Sequence record: MT968995.1
DNA length: 64,000 nucleotides
From: Escherichia phage vB_EcoM_WL-3
Reading direction: 5' to 3' (one strand)
Made by a program: the position numbers and the translations under genes. Shown in pieces: positions 1 to 10,099 of the stretch (positions are counted from its first letter, which is position 1; the number at the start of each line of letters is the position of its first letter). The notes under the pieces are model-generated. The model saw nothing but the letters and a program-made list of their open reading frames with translations, had not been told where the DNA came from and did not search any database.

Positions 1-699
1 CTGTCTGGTATTCTGGCTACCGAAATCATGCTGGAAATCAACCGTGAAGTTGTTGATTGGATTAACTACTCAGCTCAGGTTGGTAAATCTGGTATGACCC
101 TGACTCCAGGTTCTAAAGCTGGTGTATTTGACTTCCAGGATCCGATTGATATTCGTGGTGCTCGCTGGGCGGGTGAATCCTTTAAAGCTCTGTTGTTCCA
201 GATTGACAAAGAAGCAGTTGAAATTGCTCGTCAGACCGGTCGTGGTGAAGGTAACTTCATTATCGCTTCCCGTAACGTAGTTAACGTTCTGGCTTCAGTT
301 GATACTGGCATTTCTTATGCTGCACAGGGTCTGGCTACCGGCTTTAACACTGATACTACCAAGTCAGTATTTGCTGGTGTTCTGGGTGGTAAATACCGTG
401 TATATATCGACCAGTATGCTAAACAGGATTATTTCACTGTAGGTTATAAAGGTCCGAACGAAATGGATGCTGGTATTTACTATGCTCCATATGTAGCTCT
501 GACTCCGCTGCGTGGTTCCGATCCGAAGAACTTCCAACCAGTAATGGGATTCAAAACTCGTTACGGTATCGGTATCAACCCATTTGCAGAATCCGCTGCT
601 CAGGCTCCGGCTTCTCGCATCCAGAGCGGTATGCCTTCTATTCTGAATAGCCTTGGTAAAAACGCTTACTTCCGCCGTGTATATGTTAAAGGTATCTAA
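1..699 (+). CDS. 23: Major capsid protein gp23, C-terminal part (5' end lies outside the window)
   Basis: Open frame runs from position 1 to stop at 699; sits immediately upstream of gene 24 as in T4; sequence recognised as gp23 C-terminus. Confidence 0.9.
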   Translation: MSGILATEIMLEINREVVDWINYSAQVGKSGMTLTPGSKAGVFDFQDPIDIRGARWAGESFKALLFQIDKEAVEIARQTGRGEGNFIIASRNVVNVLASVDTGISYAAQGLATGFNTDTTKSVFAGVLGGKYRVYIDQYAKQDYFTVGYKGPNEMDAGIYYAPYVALTPLRGSDPKNFQPVMGFKTRYGIGINPFAESAAQAPASRIQSGMPSILNSLGKNAYFRRVYVKGI

Positions 700-714
700 T
701 CTTTGACGATTTAA

Positions 715-743
715 GGGACCTTCGGGTCCCTTTAGTTGTTTTT
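715..743 (+). terminator. Rho-independent terminator after gene 23
   Basis: GC hairpin gggacc-ttcg-ggtccc followed by a T-rich run. Confidence 0.6.
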
Positions 744-747
744 ATGG

Positions 748-755
748 TATAAATA
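748..755 (+). promoter_or_regulatory. T4-type late promoter (TATAAATA) for gene 24
   Basis: Exact TATAAATA about 28 nt upstream of the gene 24 ATG, with AAGGAAAG RBS at 771-778. Confidence 0.6.
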
Positions 756-782
756 AATCATATAAACCAAAAGGAAAGCGCA

Positions 783-2066
783 ATGGCTAAAATCAACGAA
801 CTTCTGCGCGAATCAACCACAACGAATAGCAACTCAATCGGTCGCCCAAATCTCGTTGCTTTGACTCGCGCTACCACTAAATTAATATATTCTGACATTG
901 TAGCAACGCAAAGAACTAATCAACCTGTTGCTGCTTTTTATGGTATCAAATACCTTAATCCAGATAACGAATTTACTTTTAAAACTGGTGCTACTTACGC
1001 TGGCGAAGCTGGATATGTAGACCGAGAACAAATCACAGAATTAACAGAAGAGTCTAAATTAACTCTCAATAAAGGCGATTTATTCAAATATAATAATATC
1101 GTTTATAAAGTATTAGAAGATACACCATTTGCTACCATTGAAGAAAGCGATTTAGAATTAGCTCTTCAGATTGCAATTGTTCTTTTAAAGGTTCGTCTAT
1201 TTTCTGATGCAGCATCAACAAGCAAATTTGAAAGTTCTGATAGCGAAATTGCGGATGCTAGATTCCAGATTAATAAATGGCAAACCGCAGTTAAATCTCG
1301 TAAACTTAAAACTGGCATCACAGTTGAATTAGCACAAGATTTAGAAGCAAATGGATTCGATGCTCCTAATTTCTTGGAAGATTTGCTTGCAACTGAAATG
1401 GCGGATGAAATCAATAAAGATATTCTACAGTCTTTGATTACAGTATCAAAACGCTATAAAGTTACAGGAATTACTGATACCGGATTCATTGATTTGAGTT
1501 ATGCATCTGCACCTGAAGCTGGTCGTTCATTATACCGAATGGTATGTGAAATGGTTTCGCATATCCAAAAAGAATCAACTTATACTGCAACGTTCTGTGT
1601 TGCTTCAGCTCGTGCCGCTGCGATTCTTGCTGCATCAGGTTGGTTAAAACATAAACCAGAAGATGACAAATATCTTTCACAAAATGCCTACGGGTTCTTA
1701 GCTAATGGTTTACCGCTTTATTGCGATACTAACAGCCCATTAGATTATGTAATCGTTGGTGTAGTAGAAAATATCGGTGAAAAAGAAATTGTCGGATCAA
1801 TTTTCTATGCTCCGTATACAGAAGGTCTTGACTTAGATGACCCTGAACATGTAGGTGCATTTAAAGTTGTAGTTGATCCAGAAAGTTTGCAGCCATCTAT
1901 CGGTTTATTGGTTAGATATGCTTTATCTGCAAATCCTTACACTGTAGCAAAAGATGAAAAAGAAGCAAGAATAATTGATGGTGGAGACATGGATAAAATG
2001 GCGGGTCGTTCAGATTTGTCTGTTTTATTAGGTGTTAAGCTACCAAAAATTATCGTTGATGAATAA
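783..2066 (+). CDS. 24: Head vertex protein gp24
   Basis: 427-aa ORF directly after gene 23; size and position match T4 gp24. Confidence 0.9.
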   Translation: MAKINELLRESTTTNSNSIGRPNLVALTRATTKLIYSDIVATQRTNQPVAAFYGIKYLNPDNEFTFKTGATYAGEAGYVDREQITELTEESKLTLNKGDLFKYNNIVYKVLEDTPFATIEESDLELALQIAIVLLKVRLFSDAASTSKFESSDSEIADARFQINKWQTAVKSRKLKTGITVELAQDLEANGFDAPNFLEDLLATEMADEINKDILQSLITVSKRYKVTGITDTGFIDLSYASAPEAGRSLYRMVCEMVSHIQKESTYTATFCVASARAAAILAASGWLKHKPEDDKYLSQNAYGFLANGLPLYCDTNSPLDYVIVGVVENIGEKEIVGSIFYAPYTEGLDLDDPEHVGAFKVVVDPESLQPSIGLLVRYALSANPYTVAKDEKEARIIDGGDMDKMAGRSDLSVLLGVKLPKIIVDE

Positions 2067-2073
2067 AAACAAA

Positions 2074-2096
2074 GGGACCGAAAGGTCCCTTTTTAT
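2074..2096. terminator. Bidirectional hairpin terminator between convergent genes 24 and rnlB
   Basis: gggacc-gaaa-ggtccc hairpin flanked by an A-run and a T-run. Confidence 0.55.
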
Positions 2097-3101
2097 TTAA
2101 CTTACCAATTCAATCCAAGCCGGACGAAGTACATCTTGTACCATTTTAACTAATTCCTTTTTAACCAAAGAAGGATTATCTGCTTGAGTTAGAGTAATAC
2201 CTTCACGAGAAGTTTCTTCCAAAATATCTTGAACAGTTAGTCCCATCACCTTTCCAAAATCCTTCGGACCAATTTCACCAATTTTAGAAATAACGTTATT
2301 TACTCGGTTCAGTGTAACGTAGCAAGCTAAAATTCCCACCAATTTGTTATCAGCTTCTGATAGTTCAACTTTAGCTTTAATAGGCTTATCAGACTTTTTC
2401 TTTTCACTAAATTTGGAATTCTTGCATTTGATGGCTACACGATTTCCATTATGAAGCCAAGAAGGATAACAAGGTTTCAATACATATCCTTCAGCGGTAA
2501 ATACTTCGCCTTTGGCTTCAGCTTTCCAAACACATTTGTTAGCGTCAACTAATCCAGCATGGTCTACTGTAAAATTATAATCTTGGACGACAGAATCTAA
2601 ATCATTTGGCAATTTAATAAGTTCTTCAAATTTACCACGACCTAAAAGTGGAGCCATTTTAAATTTAAATGTATTACAAAATGATTCCATCATATAATCA
2701 TCGACATAAGTCACATCACCACTTTCTGTAGTGACAATAATGTCAAATACATAAAAATCTTTATCGCCATAATCGACATTCTTCTGAATGCCAGGTCCAG
2801 CGAATTCGCCAAAGACTTGATAAGATACAACCGCCGAAGTTTCCATAATATCTTGTACTGCTTTAATAGAATCTTCGTAATTCTTTAGAATAATTTCATG
2901 CCCAAAGAAATCTTCAGCAGGAAGAATCGGTCCAGTACGTTTAGCGCAAGTTACTTTATCACGCTCAATAATCAATGAGAAATTTGTGCCGTGAATCTTT
3001 TCACGAGCTACCCACTCCCCACCAGTCAATCCCAAGCTATAAAGTTTTTCAATGAATTTAGAATTGTAATGATTTTCAAGACTGCTATACTTTTTAAACA
3101 T
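2097..3101 (-). CDS. rnlB: RNA ligase 2 (Rnl2)
   Basis: 334-aa ORF; N-terminal KIHGTN ligase motif I (lysine nucleotidyltransferase); size matches T4 Rnl2. Confidence 0.9.
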   Translation of the reverse strand: MFKKYSSLENHYNSKFIEKLYSLGLTGGEWVAREKIHGTNFSLIIERDKVTCAKRTGPILPAEDFFGHEIILKNYEDSIKAVQDIMETSAVVSYQVFGEFAGPGIQKNVDYGDKDFYVFDIIVTTESGDVTYVDDYMMESFCNTFKFKMAPLLGRGKFEELIKLPNDLDSVVQDYNFTVDHAGLVDANKCVWKAEAKGEVFTAEGYVLKPCYPSWLHNGNRVAIKCKNSKFSEKKKSDKPIKAKVELSEADNKLVGILACYVTLNRVNNVISKIGEIGPKDFGKVMGLTVQDILEETSREGITLTQADNPSLVKKELVKMVQDVLRPAWIELVS

Positions 3102-3110
3102 AATTAATCC

Positions 3111-3389
3111 TCAAAATGTAATTTCTAACCAATCACCATCACGCTGATCACTATTGACTTTAAAGCTAAATCCTTCTTTTCTCAGCCAATCACCAATTTC
3201 TTCAGTAATCAATTTATCGCGAGCAGTGCAATAATAACTAAAATATGTTTTACCTTGTTCAGCTGCTTTATTAGCAAGTTCCGAAAAATCTTTAATAAAA
3301 CACTCTAGTTTAAACTGTTTACTTTTAAGTGCTTTTTCACGTAATTGATTAGCAAAAGATTCATTTTCATAAAGATCATACTGTTCCAT
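3111..3389 (-). CDS. 24.2: Small early protein (24.2 position)
   Basis: 92-aa ORF in the T4 24.2 position. Confidence 0.6.
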   Translation of the reverse strand: MEQYDLYENESFANQLREKALKSKQFKLECFIKDFSELANKAAEQGKTYFSYYCTARDKLITEEIGDWLRKEGFSFKVNSDQRDGDWLEITF

Positions 3390-3591
3390 TTTTCACCTTT
3401 TTATTAATATGTCTTTTTCTATAGACAACTTTTTCTCGAGTCTCAAATTTATTTTTAGCAGTCATAGCTCGAGCCCATAATACAGCCACTTCTTTCGCCT
3501 GTAAGTTCAATTCACGAGCAATTTCAATGAATGACTTTCCAGACTCATGGAGTGTAAACACCACAACCTCAGTTCTCATAATCAATCTCAT
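3376..3591 (-). CDS. 24.3: Small HTH-containing protein (24.3 position)
   Basis: 71-aa ORF; helix-turn-helix-like segment SFIEIARELNLQAKEVAVLWARA. Confidence 0.55.
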   Translation of the reverse strand: MRLIMRTEVVVFTLHESGKSFIEIARELNLQAKEVAVLWARAMTAKNKFETREKVVYRKRHINKKVKNGTV

Positions 3592-3660
3592 GTTATCGAG
3601 TTGGTGCCATTATATACATCGTTTTCTGATTGTGTTTTATTTGCTTTCAAAATGAAGAAA

Positions 3661-3674
3661 GGGGCCGAAGCCCC
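3661..3674 (-). terminator. Hairpin terminator downstream of hoc
   Basis: ggggc-cgaa-gcccc hairpin followed on the - strand by a T-rich run. Confidence 0.45.
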
Positions 3675-3680
3675 TTATGA

Positions 3681-4811
3681 TTATGGATAGGTATAGATGA
3701 TACCAGTTTCTAAAGCAGTTTTATGAATGATGTATCCATTGCGCGATTCTTGAACATCAACTTCTGGATAGTCTTTCATCATCTTCTGAAGAGTGTAACG
3801 ATGCAAGTAGTACTTACTATCTGGGTCGTCAGTTTTCCAATCTTTACCTTCTTCAGTCATTTTTTGGATTTCATCCATAACCCACCAACCGCACCAGATG
3901 TAAGCTGAAGTACGATGTGGAAGAGGATGAACATAAGGCAATTCACCTTCTGGTTCCGGAGCAACTTTATCAGTCACTTGAACTTGACCTGTTGTTTTAA
4001 CTGTTTTGCTATCATAGTCAGTTGCTGTAACGACAGCAGTAACTTCAATAGTTTGACTTCCAACAGATGAGGTATCGACAGTATATACGTTAGTTGACCC
4101 TTCTACAGGAGAAGAATCTTTCTTCCACGAGTAAGTAATTTGTGCTGCGTCAGGTGCGCCAGTAACATTAGCAGTAAATGTAGCCGAAGCATCTTGCTGA
4201 ACGTTAATAGAAGGAGGAGTCAATGCAATCTGTGGATTCATTGTCTTCTTATTAACCGTCAATGATACTTCATTAGAAGTAACTTCCTTTGCATCATAAT
4301 CTGTCGCTGTTACTTGGGCTACGCATTTAATTCCTTTTACTCCACTTGTAGTTGGAGTATAGCTAAATGTAGCGGAAGTTGCTTCACTAACAGGAGAATC
4401 ATCTACATGCCACTGATACGTAGCAGATGCGCCTGATGGTTGAGAAGCTAAAGCAGCAGTAAATTCAACAGGAGTTCCAATCACTCCAGCAGCAGGACTA
4501 TCAGGAGTTACAGCTAAGGTAGTTGTCTGTGTCTTATTTTGAACTGTGATAGTTGTAGAAGCTTCTGCTGTTTCAGCCTCAGCTTCTGGAACTGTGTTTG
4601 TTGCAACTACTTTAATAGTCTTTTGACCGGCAGGTCCTTTTAGTACATAACTAAAAGTTGCTTCAGTTCCATCTTGTGGAACATCGTCTACAGTCCAAGC
4701 ATAGGTAATAGTTCCACCTCCAGTTTGACCACTGGGTGTAGCAGTAAACTGCTGAGTCTGATCGATAACTCCAGTAGGTGTTTTAGGAGTTATATCAACT
4801 GTAAAAGCCAT
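3681..4811 (-). CDS. hoc: Hoc, highly immunogenic outer capsid protein (tandem Ig-like domains)
   Basis: 376-aa ORF; repeated Ig-like segments (TYxW...DSPV motifs); T4 position and size. Confidence 0.9.
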   Translation of the reverse strand: MAFTVDITPKTPTGVIDQTQQFTATPSGQTGGGTITYAWTVDDVPQDGTEATFSYVLKGPAGQKTIKVVATNTVPEAEAETAEASTTITVQNKTQTTTLAVTPDSPAAGVIGTPVEFTAALASQPSGASATYQWHVDDSPVSEATSATFSYTPTTSGVKGIKCVAQVTATDYDAKEVTSNEVSLTVNKKTMNPQIALTPPSINVQQDASATFTANVTGAPDAAQITYSWKKDSSPVEGSTNVYTVDTSSVGSQTIEVTAVVTATDYDSKTVKTTGQVQVTDKVAPEPEGELPYVHPLPHRTSAYIWCGWWVMDEIQKMTEEGKDWKTDDPDSKYYLHRYTLQKMMKDYPEVDVQESRNGYIIHKTALETGIIYTYP

Positions 4812-4820
4812 AAGTTATCC

Positions 4821-5501
4821 TTATTTTAATGTTACGAAAGAAGAATTACGTGTTTCACGAATTAGAACTGATCCGTCACGGTTAATGTAGTAAATTAAGC
4901 TAAATAAAGTTTGGTGTGCCGACGCGTGTTCAAAACTAGTTGGGTGAGATTTCCAATCCGGAGTTTCAGCAATCCATTGATAAATCCACCAAGGAACAGT
5001 ACAGAATCCTGGATTTTTTCCAATCAACTGAAGATTCGGGCTAAAGTTTTCCGGAAGAGTAAATACAGACGGCTTTTCAGATTCAATAATCTCAGCTACA
5101 GCCTGCTCAAATTTTTCTTCAACAAAAGGAGTATCTTCAATCAAAACATCGATATTTTCAGGAATTTTATCCGTTTCTACCACTTCAATTTTAATGTCAG
5201 ATTTAACCGGAGAATCAATCAGAAGTGCTGCTTCTGGATTGACCTCTTCATCGTCATATTTTAATCCCTCTGCAGCATCAGCAGCATTGATTAAGTCCTT
5301 AATAGATAACCCATCAGTCTCTGGCATAGGTTCACTAGCGAGCTTCTGGAGGGCTTCTTCAATATCAATAACGATATTATCAAAAGATTTATTCTTTTTG
5401 ACCTTTATACCAAACTGTTCAGCATATTCAGCTAATTTAGCCTTAGCTTCTTTATTATCATCAAGAGCCTTCAGCTCTGCAATATAATCTTTATCTATCA
5501 T
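4821..5501 (-). CDS. inh: Inh, inhibitor of prohead protease
   Basis: 226-aa acidic ORF between hoc and uvsW; T4 size and position. Confidence 0.8.
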   Translation of the reverse strand: MIDKDYIAELKALDDNKEAKAKLAEYAEQFGIKVKKNKSFDNIVIDIEEALQKLASEPMPETDGLSIKDLINAADAAEGLKYDDEEVNPEAALLIDSPVKSDIKIEVVETDKIPENIDVLIEDTPFVEEKFEQAVAEIIESEKPSVFTLPENFSPNLQLIGKNPGFCTVPWWIYQWIAETPDWKSHPTSFEHASAHQTLFSLIYYINRDGSVLIRETRNSSFVTLK

Positions 5502-5534
5502 AATATTTCCTCAGTATAAATATAGATATATTTA

Positions 5535-5542
5535 TTACATGG
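5535..5542 (+). promoter_or_regulatory. Late promoter (TATAAATA) for uvsW
   Basis: Exact TATAAATA 10 nt upstream of the uvsW ATG. Confidence 0.55.
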
Positions 5543-5551
5543 TATTTAGAC

Positions 5552-7063
5552 ATGACTGACATTAAAGTACATTTTTATGATTTTAGTCACGTGAGAATTG
5601 ATTGTGAAGAAAGTACATTTCATGAACTCCGTGATTTCTTTAGCTTTGAAGCTGATGGGTATCGTTTTAATCCGAAATACAAATATGGTCACTGGGATGG
5701 ACGAATCCGTCTTTTAGATTATAATCGCCTTCTTCCGTTCGGCTTAGTCGGGCAAATTAAAAAGTTCTGTGATAACTTTGGCTATAAAGCCTGGATTGAC
5801 CCACAAATTAACGAAAAAGAAGAATTATCAAGAAAAGATTTTGATGAATGGCTTTCTAAATTAGAAATCTATTCAGGAAATAAAAGAATTGAACCGCACT
5901 GGTATCAAAAAGATGCAGTGTTCGAAGGATTAGTTAATCGTCGTAGAATTCTTAATCTTCCAACATCCGCAGGTAAATCTTTAATTCAAGCTTTGCTTGC
6001 ACGTTATTATTTGGAAAATTATGAAGGTAAAATTCTTATCATTGTTCCAACAACTGCTCTGACAACTCAGATGGCTGATGACTTTGTTGACTATCGTTTA
6101 TTCAGTCATGCAATGATAAAGAAAATTGGTGGTGGAGCATCAAAAGATGATAAATATAAAAATGATGCACCAGTCGTTGTTGGTACATGGCAAACTGTAG
6201 TAAAACAACCAAAAGAATGGTTCTCACAGTTTGGAATGATGATGAATGATGAATGCCATCTTGCCACAGGAAAAAGTATTTCATCTATCATATCAGGTTT
6301 AAATAACTGCATGTTCAAATTTGGTCTATCAGGTTCATTACGTGATGGCAAAGCTAATATCATGCAGTATGTTGGAATGTTTGGTGAAATATTTAAGCCA
6401 GTAACGACTTCTAAATTAATGGAAGATGGACAAGTAACTGAGTTAAAAATTAATAGTATTTTTCTTCGCTATCCTGATGAGTTCACTACTAAATTAAAGG
6501 GAAAAACTTACCAAGAAGAAATAAAAATTATTACTGGGCTCAGTAAAAGAAATAAATGGATCGCTAAATTAGCTATTAAGCTTGCGCAAAAAGATGAAAA
6601 CGCTTTTGTCATGTTTAAGCATGTATCACATGGTAAAGCTATTTTCGATTTAATTAAAAATGAATACGATAAAGTTTATTACGTATCAGGAGAAGTTGAT
6701 ACTGAAACGCGCAATGTAATGAAAACCTTAGCTGAAAACGGTAAAGGAATAATTATAGTAGCTAGTTATGGTGTATTTTCTACTGGTATTTCAGTTAAAA
6801 ATCTGCATCACGTTGTTTTAGCGCACGGCGTTAAATCTAAAATTATTGTATTGCAAACAATAGGTCGTGTATTACGTAAGCATGGTTCTAAAACAATCGC
6901 AACGGTCTGGGACCTCATTGATGATTGCGGTGTTAAGCCAAAATCTGCTAATACGAAAAAGAAATACGTTCATTTGAACTATCTTTTAAAACACGGCATT
7001 GATCGTATTCAGCGCTACGCAGATGAAAAATTTAATTACGTAATGAAAACAGTTAATTTATAA
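5552..7063 (+). CDS. uvsW: UvsW DNA/RNA helicase (SF2)
   Basis: 503-aa ORF; Walker A-like LPTSAGKS and DEAD-box-like MMNDECH motifs; T4 position. Confidence 0.9.
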   Translation: MTDIKVHFYDFSHVRIDCEESTFHELRDFFSFEADGYRFNPKYKYGHWDGRIRLLDYNRLLPFGLVGQIKKFCDNFGYKAWIDPQINEKEELSRKDFDEWLSKLEIYSGNKRIEPHWYQKDAVFEGLVNRRRILNLPTSAGKSLIQALLARYYLENYEGKILIIVPTTALTTQMADDFVDYRLFSHAMIKKIGGGASKDDKYKNDAPVVVGTWQTVVKQPKEWFSQFGMMMNDECHLATGKSISSIISGLNNCMFKFGLSGSLRDGKANIMQYVGMFGEIFKPVTTSKLMEDGQVTELKINSIFLRYPDEFTTKLKGKTYQEEIKIITGLSKRNKWIAKLAIKLAQKDENAFVMFKHVSHGKAIFDLIKNEYDKVYYVSGEVDTETRNVMKTLAENGKGIIIVASYGVFSTGISVKNLHHVVLAHGVKSKIIVLQTIGRVLRKHGSKTIATVWDLIDDCGVKPKSANTKKKYVHLNYLLKHGIDRIQRYADEKFNYVMKTVNL

Positions 7064-7078
7064 GGGCTTCGGCCCTTT
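7064..7078 (+). terminator. Hairpin after uvsW (weak terminator / intercistronic structure)
   Basis: gggc-ttcg-gccc hairpin immediately 3' of the uvsW stop; short T-run. Confidence 0.4.
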
Positions 7079-7088
7079 GGAGAAAAAG

Positions 7089-7319
7089 ATGTTACTAGAA
7101 TTTAAACAATTTCTTTATGAAGCTTCTATTGATGAATTCATGGGTAAAATTGCCTCTTGCCAAACATTAGAAGGTCTAGAAGAACTTGAAGCTTATTATA
7201 AGAAAAGAGTTAAAGAAACTGAATTAAAAGATACTGATGACATCTCAGTTAGAGATGCTTTGGCAGGAAAAAGAGCTGAATTAGAAGATTCAGACGATGA
7301 AGTAGAAGAAAGCTTTTAA
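7089..7319 (+). CDS. uvsW.1: UvsW.1 small acidic protein
   Basis: 76 aa from ATG 7089 with GGAG RBS; the ORF-track start at 7077 is a TTG. Confidence 0.75.
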   Translation: MLLEFKQFLYEASIDEFMGKIASCQTLEGLEELEAYYKKRVKETELKDTDDISVRDALAGKRAELEDSDDEVEESF

Positions 7320-7374
7320 ATTAAAAAAGGCCCAACCAAAAAGGAAGGGCCAAAACTATAGACTAAAGGTCACA

Positions 7375-7542
7375 CTATAGCAAAAGTTGTGTTTCATTTA
7401 ATTGTTCTTCCGAACTTTCTGAAACTGGTAGTTCTTTAATGTAATTATAGCAAGGCCCAGGATGTACAGGACCTTTGTCTGTTTCAACAACCAATGCAGA
7501 ATCGATTGGAGTTTTACAGACAACACAAATCTTATCTGACAT
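7375..7542 (-). CDS. uvsY.-2: Small Cys-containing protein (uvsY.-2 position)
   Basis: 55-aa ORF below the ORF-track threshold, translated by hand: MSDKICVVCKTPIDSALVVETDKGPVHPGPCYNYIKELPVSESSEEQLNETQLLL. Confidence 0.55.
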   Translation of the reverse strand: MSDKICVVCKTPIDSALVVETDKGPVHPGPCYNYIKELPVSESSEEQLNETQLLL

Positions 7543-7570
7543 GATTGTCTCCTCTAAATTATATATCTAT

Positions 7571-7795
7571 TTATATAACTCTCATATGCATATCAATGCC
7601 CATATCTTTAGAATAAAAATATTCATCAAGATATCCGGCAAATTTTCCTTTAATGTAAAGTACATCTTCACCGCATGGGTGGTCAGCCAGGATACGAATA
7701 TCCTGACGCTTGAGATTATACTTTTTCATTAAGAATTGAATTTCCGTTTCGAATTCTTCTTCATAATTAAAAGCATCATCAATGCTATATTTCAT
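7571..7795 (-). CDS. uvsY.-1: Small protein (uvsY.-1 position)
   Basis: 74-aa ORF abutting the uvsY stop. Confidence 0.6.
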   Translation of the reverse strand: MKYSIDDAFNYEEEFETEIQFLMKKYNLKRQDIRILADHPCGEDVLYIKGKFAGYLDEYFYSKDMGIDMHMRVI

Positions 7796-8208
7796 TATTT
7801 TCCAGCCTCAAATGCTCGCATGTCTTGAATATGCTTAATAGCAAATCCACGTGATTTAATAGCATCAAGAGCTCCGCTACAGAAATCTAATAAAATTCCC
7901 CAATATTGCAATGAAGTATCAACTTTTAAAACGTCCTTATCAGCTGATAGAACTGTCTTCATTTCTGATTTTTCATAACGATCCATACTAAATTCATCAC
8001 CATCTCCTCGTCCCGAGTAGTAGTCTAATTTAGCTTTAAGAGCAACTTTTTTCTGTGCTTCAATTCTAAGCATTTCCTTTTTAATACTTGAATGCTTATT
8101 AAGCCATTTACTATATAACATCACATTATTAGCTGCTTCATACTGTAATTTAGTCGAATCTATAAACACATCTTTCTTCAATTCTTCTTGAAGATCTTCT
8201 AATTTCAT
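7795..8208 (-). CDS. uvsY: UvsY recombination mediator
   Basis: 137-aa ORF; T4 size and position. Confidence 0.9.
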   Translation of the reverse strand: MKLEDLQEELKKDVFIDSTKLQYEAANNVMLYSKWLNKHSSIKKEMLRIEAQKKVALKAKLDYYSGRGDGDEFSMDRYEKSEMKTVLSADKDVLKVDTSLQYWGILLDFCSGALDAIKSRGFAIKHIQDMRAFEAGK

Positions 8209-8248
8209 ATTGTTCTCTATTCAATTGTTATTGGATGGACTTAGATTC

Positions 8249-8274
8249 ATTATACCACGTTTACACGTGAAGCA
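8249..8274 (-). promoter_or_regulatory. MotA-dependent middle promoter for uvsY
   Basis: On the - strand: MotA box TGCTTCA, 13-nt spacer, TATAAT; lies between the gene 25 stop and the uvsY start. Confidence 0.55.
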
Positions 8275-8673
8275 TTATACTCTATTACTAGAAGCCAGTT
8301 GCAGTTTTATCTGCTCAATATCATCAGGGTTATCGATGACCGAAAAGCGTATTTCTACTATAAGAGTATAATCATCATAAACTGGTATTACATTAACTGC
8401 TAATTTATCAATACGTGGCTCGTAGTTTCTTACTGCGCTTTCAATGTTACGCTCAACGGTATCAGCAGTAAGAGGAGTCATATTCTCAAAAAGTTGATCA
8501 GATAAATCGCATCCAAATTCTGGGTCAAATGGTCTTGACCCTTTTCTGGTTGTAATAATTCCCAAAAGGCTATTTTTAATTGACCTTAATCCAAGAGATC
8601 TAGAAACATCTTTGTCCCAATCCATTTTCATTTCTGGGTCAATGTCAGAATAAAGCTTATTAATATTTGCCAT
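8275..8673 (-). CDS. 25: Baseplate wedge protein gp25
   Basis: 132-aa ORF; T4 size and position. Confidence 0.9.
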   Translation of the reverse strand: MANINKLYSDIDPEMKMDWDKDVSRSLGLRSIKNSLLGIITTRKGSRPFDPEFGCDLSDQLFENMTPLTADTVERNIESAVRNYEPRIDKLAVNVIPVYDDYTLIVEIRFSVIDNPDDIEQIKLQLASSNRV

Positions 8674-9299
8674 TACAATAGCTCAAAGAATTCTTTGAGT
8701 CCTCTTATTACATGAGCGTGAGATTTTCCACACTCTGGACATTTAATTGGAACAGCCAAATAAACAGTAGGCTTTAAAAGCATATCTTTTATAGCTACAA
8801 TATCTGACTCTGTGATGATAGAATATAAATCTTCCAACTCTTTTTCATTTAAGTCTTCAATTGGAATGCTTTCACCGTTAGCATGAATCGTTTCTATACA
8901 TGATACTATCATGTGGGCTATATTTTTATCATCAAAAATTTTAGGGTAATGGAACTTAATTTTAATGTCACCCAGTGTATACCAGAGGTCTTCTGGTGCA
9001 TCTATTTGTGTATGTAATAGATTTATATGGGTTGGTATTTCAGTTCCACAGGTGCACTTCCAGGAGTTTTCGTGATTAACTTCTCCAAGAGAATGTGCCC
9101 ATAAATGAATCAGCAGTAGTTCTGATTCTTGGCGGTTTAAATCTTTTGCATTTGTACAGTCTTTAATTAGCTTTTTAACGATCTCTTCTACTGAACCGTT
9201 CTTTTTAGCAGTAATAAGTTCTAGATATTCTTTAAGAGTAAATGCACGACAGTTGATTATTTTAGAACCAACTCTCACATCAAATTTGTATTCATACAT
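8673..9299 (-). CDS. 26: Baseplate hub protein gp26
   Basis: 208-aa ORF; T4 size and position. Confidence 0.85.
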   Translation of the reverse strand: MYEYKFDVRVGSKIINCRAFTLKEYLELITAKKNGSVEEIVKKLIKDCTNAKDLNRQESELLLIHLWAHSLGEVNHENSWKCTCGTEIPTHINLLHTQIDAPEDLWYTLGDIKIKFHYPKIFDDKNIAHMIVSCIETIHANGESIPIEDLNEKELEDLYSIITESDIVAIKDMLLKPTVYLAVPIKCPECGKSHAHVIRGLKEFFELL

Positions 9300-9320
9300 A
9301 TTTAGCTCCTTTATTTATCA

Positions 9321-9332
9321 TATTTATAAATA
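9321..9332. promoter_or_regulatory. Divergent overlapping late promoters for genes 26 (-) and 51 (+)
   Basis: tatttataaata contains TATAAATA on both strands between the divergent 26 and 51 starts. Confidence 0.5.
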
Positions 9333-9349
9333 GAATAAAAGGAGCATCT

Positions 9350-10099
9350 ATGGCAAACATTATTCGTTGTAAATTACCAGATGGTGTTCATCGTTTTAAA
9401 CCATTTACGGTAGAAGATTATCGAGATTTTTTGTTAGTTCGAAACGATATAGAACATCGGTCACCACAAGAACAAAAAGAAATAATTGCTGATTTAATTG
9501 CCGATTATTTTGGAGACTATCCGAAGACTTGGCAGCCATTTATATTTTTGCAGGTATTTGTAGGGTCAATAGGTAAAACTAAAGTACCGGTCACATTTGT
9601 ATGTCCAAAATGTAAAAAAGAAAAGACAGTTCCATTTGAAATATATCAAAAAGAATTAAAGGAACCTGTTTTTGATGTAGCTAATGTTAAAATTAAATTA
9701 AAGTTTCCTTCTGAGTTTTATGAAAATAAAGCAAAGATGATTACTGAAAATATTCATTCTGTTCAAGTAGATGAAACATGGTATGATTGGAAGGAAATTA
9801 GTGAATCAAGTCAAATAGAACTTGTTGACGCCATCGAGATAGAAACATTAGAAAAAATTCTCGATGCAATGAATCCTATTAATTTAACGCTACACATGTC
9901 ATGCTGTGATAAGTATGTAAAAAAATACACTGATATAGTAGATGTGTTTAAGCTATTAGTTAACCCAGATGAGATATTTACTTTTTATCAAATTAATCAC
10001 ACACTCGTAAAAAGTAATTATAGTTTAAATTCAATAATGAAAATGATTCCTGCCGAGCGCGGATTCGTATTAAAACTGATTGAGAAGGATAAACAATAA
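9350..10099 (+). CDS. 51: Baseplate hub assembly protein gp51
   Basis: 249-aa ORF; T4 size and position. Confidence 0.85.
   Translation: MANIIRCKLPDGVHRFKPFTVEDYRDFLLVRNDIEHRSPQEQKEIIADLIADYFGDYPKTWQPFIFLQVFVGSIGKTKVPVTFVCPKCKKEKTVPFEIYQKELKEPVFDVANVKIKLKFPSEFYENKAKMITENIHSVQVDETWYDWKEISESSQIELVDAIEIETLEKILDAMNPINLTLHMSCCDKYVKKYTDIVDVFKLLVNPDEIFTFYQINHTLVKSNYSLNSIMKMIPAERGFVLKLIEKDKQ

Noticed and set aside
3723-5487. + strand ORFs inside hoc and inh (3723-3908, 4911-5264, 5194-5487)
   Set aside because: Antisense to well-supported genes, no start context, low-complexity products; chance ORFs.
7475-7732. 85-aa + strand ORF overlapping uvsY.-1 and uvsY.-2
   Set aside because: Antisense to two - strand genes, low-complexity AT-rich translation, no RBS; a chance ORF in AT-rich DNA.
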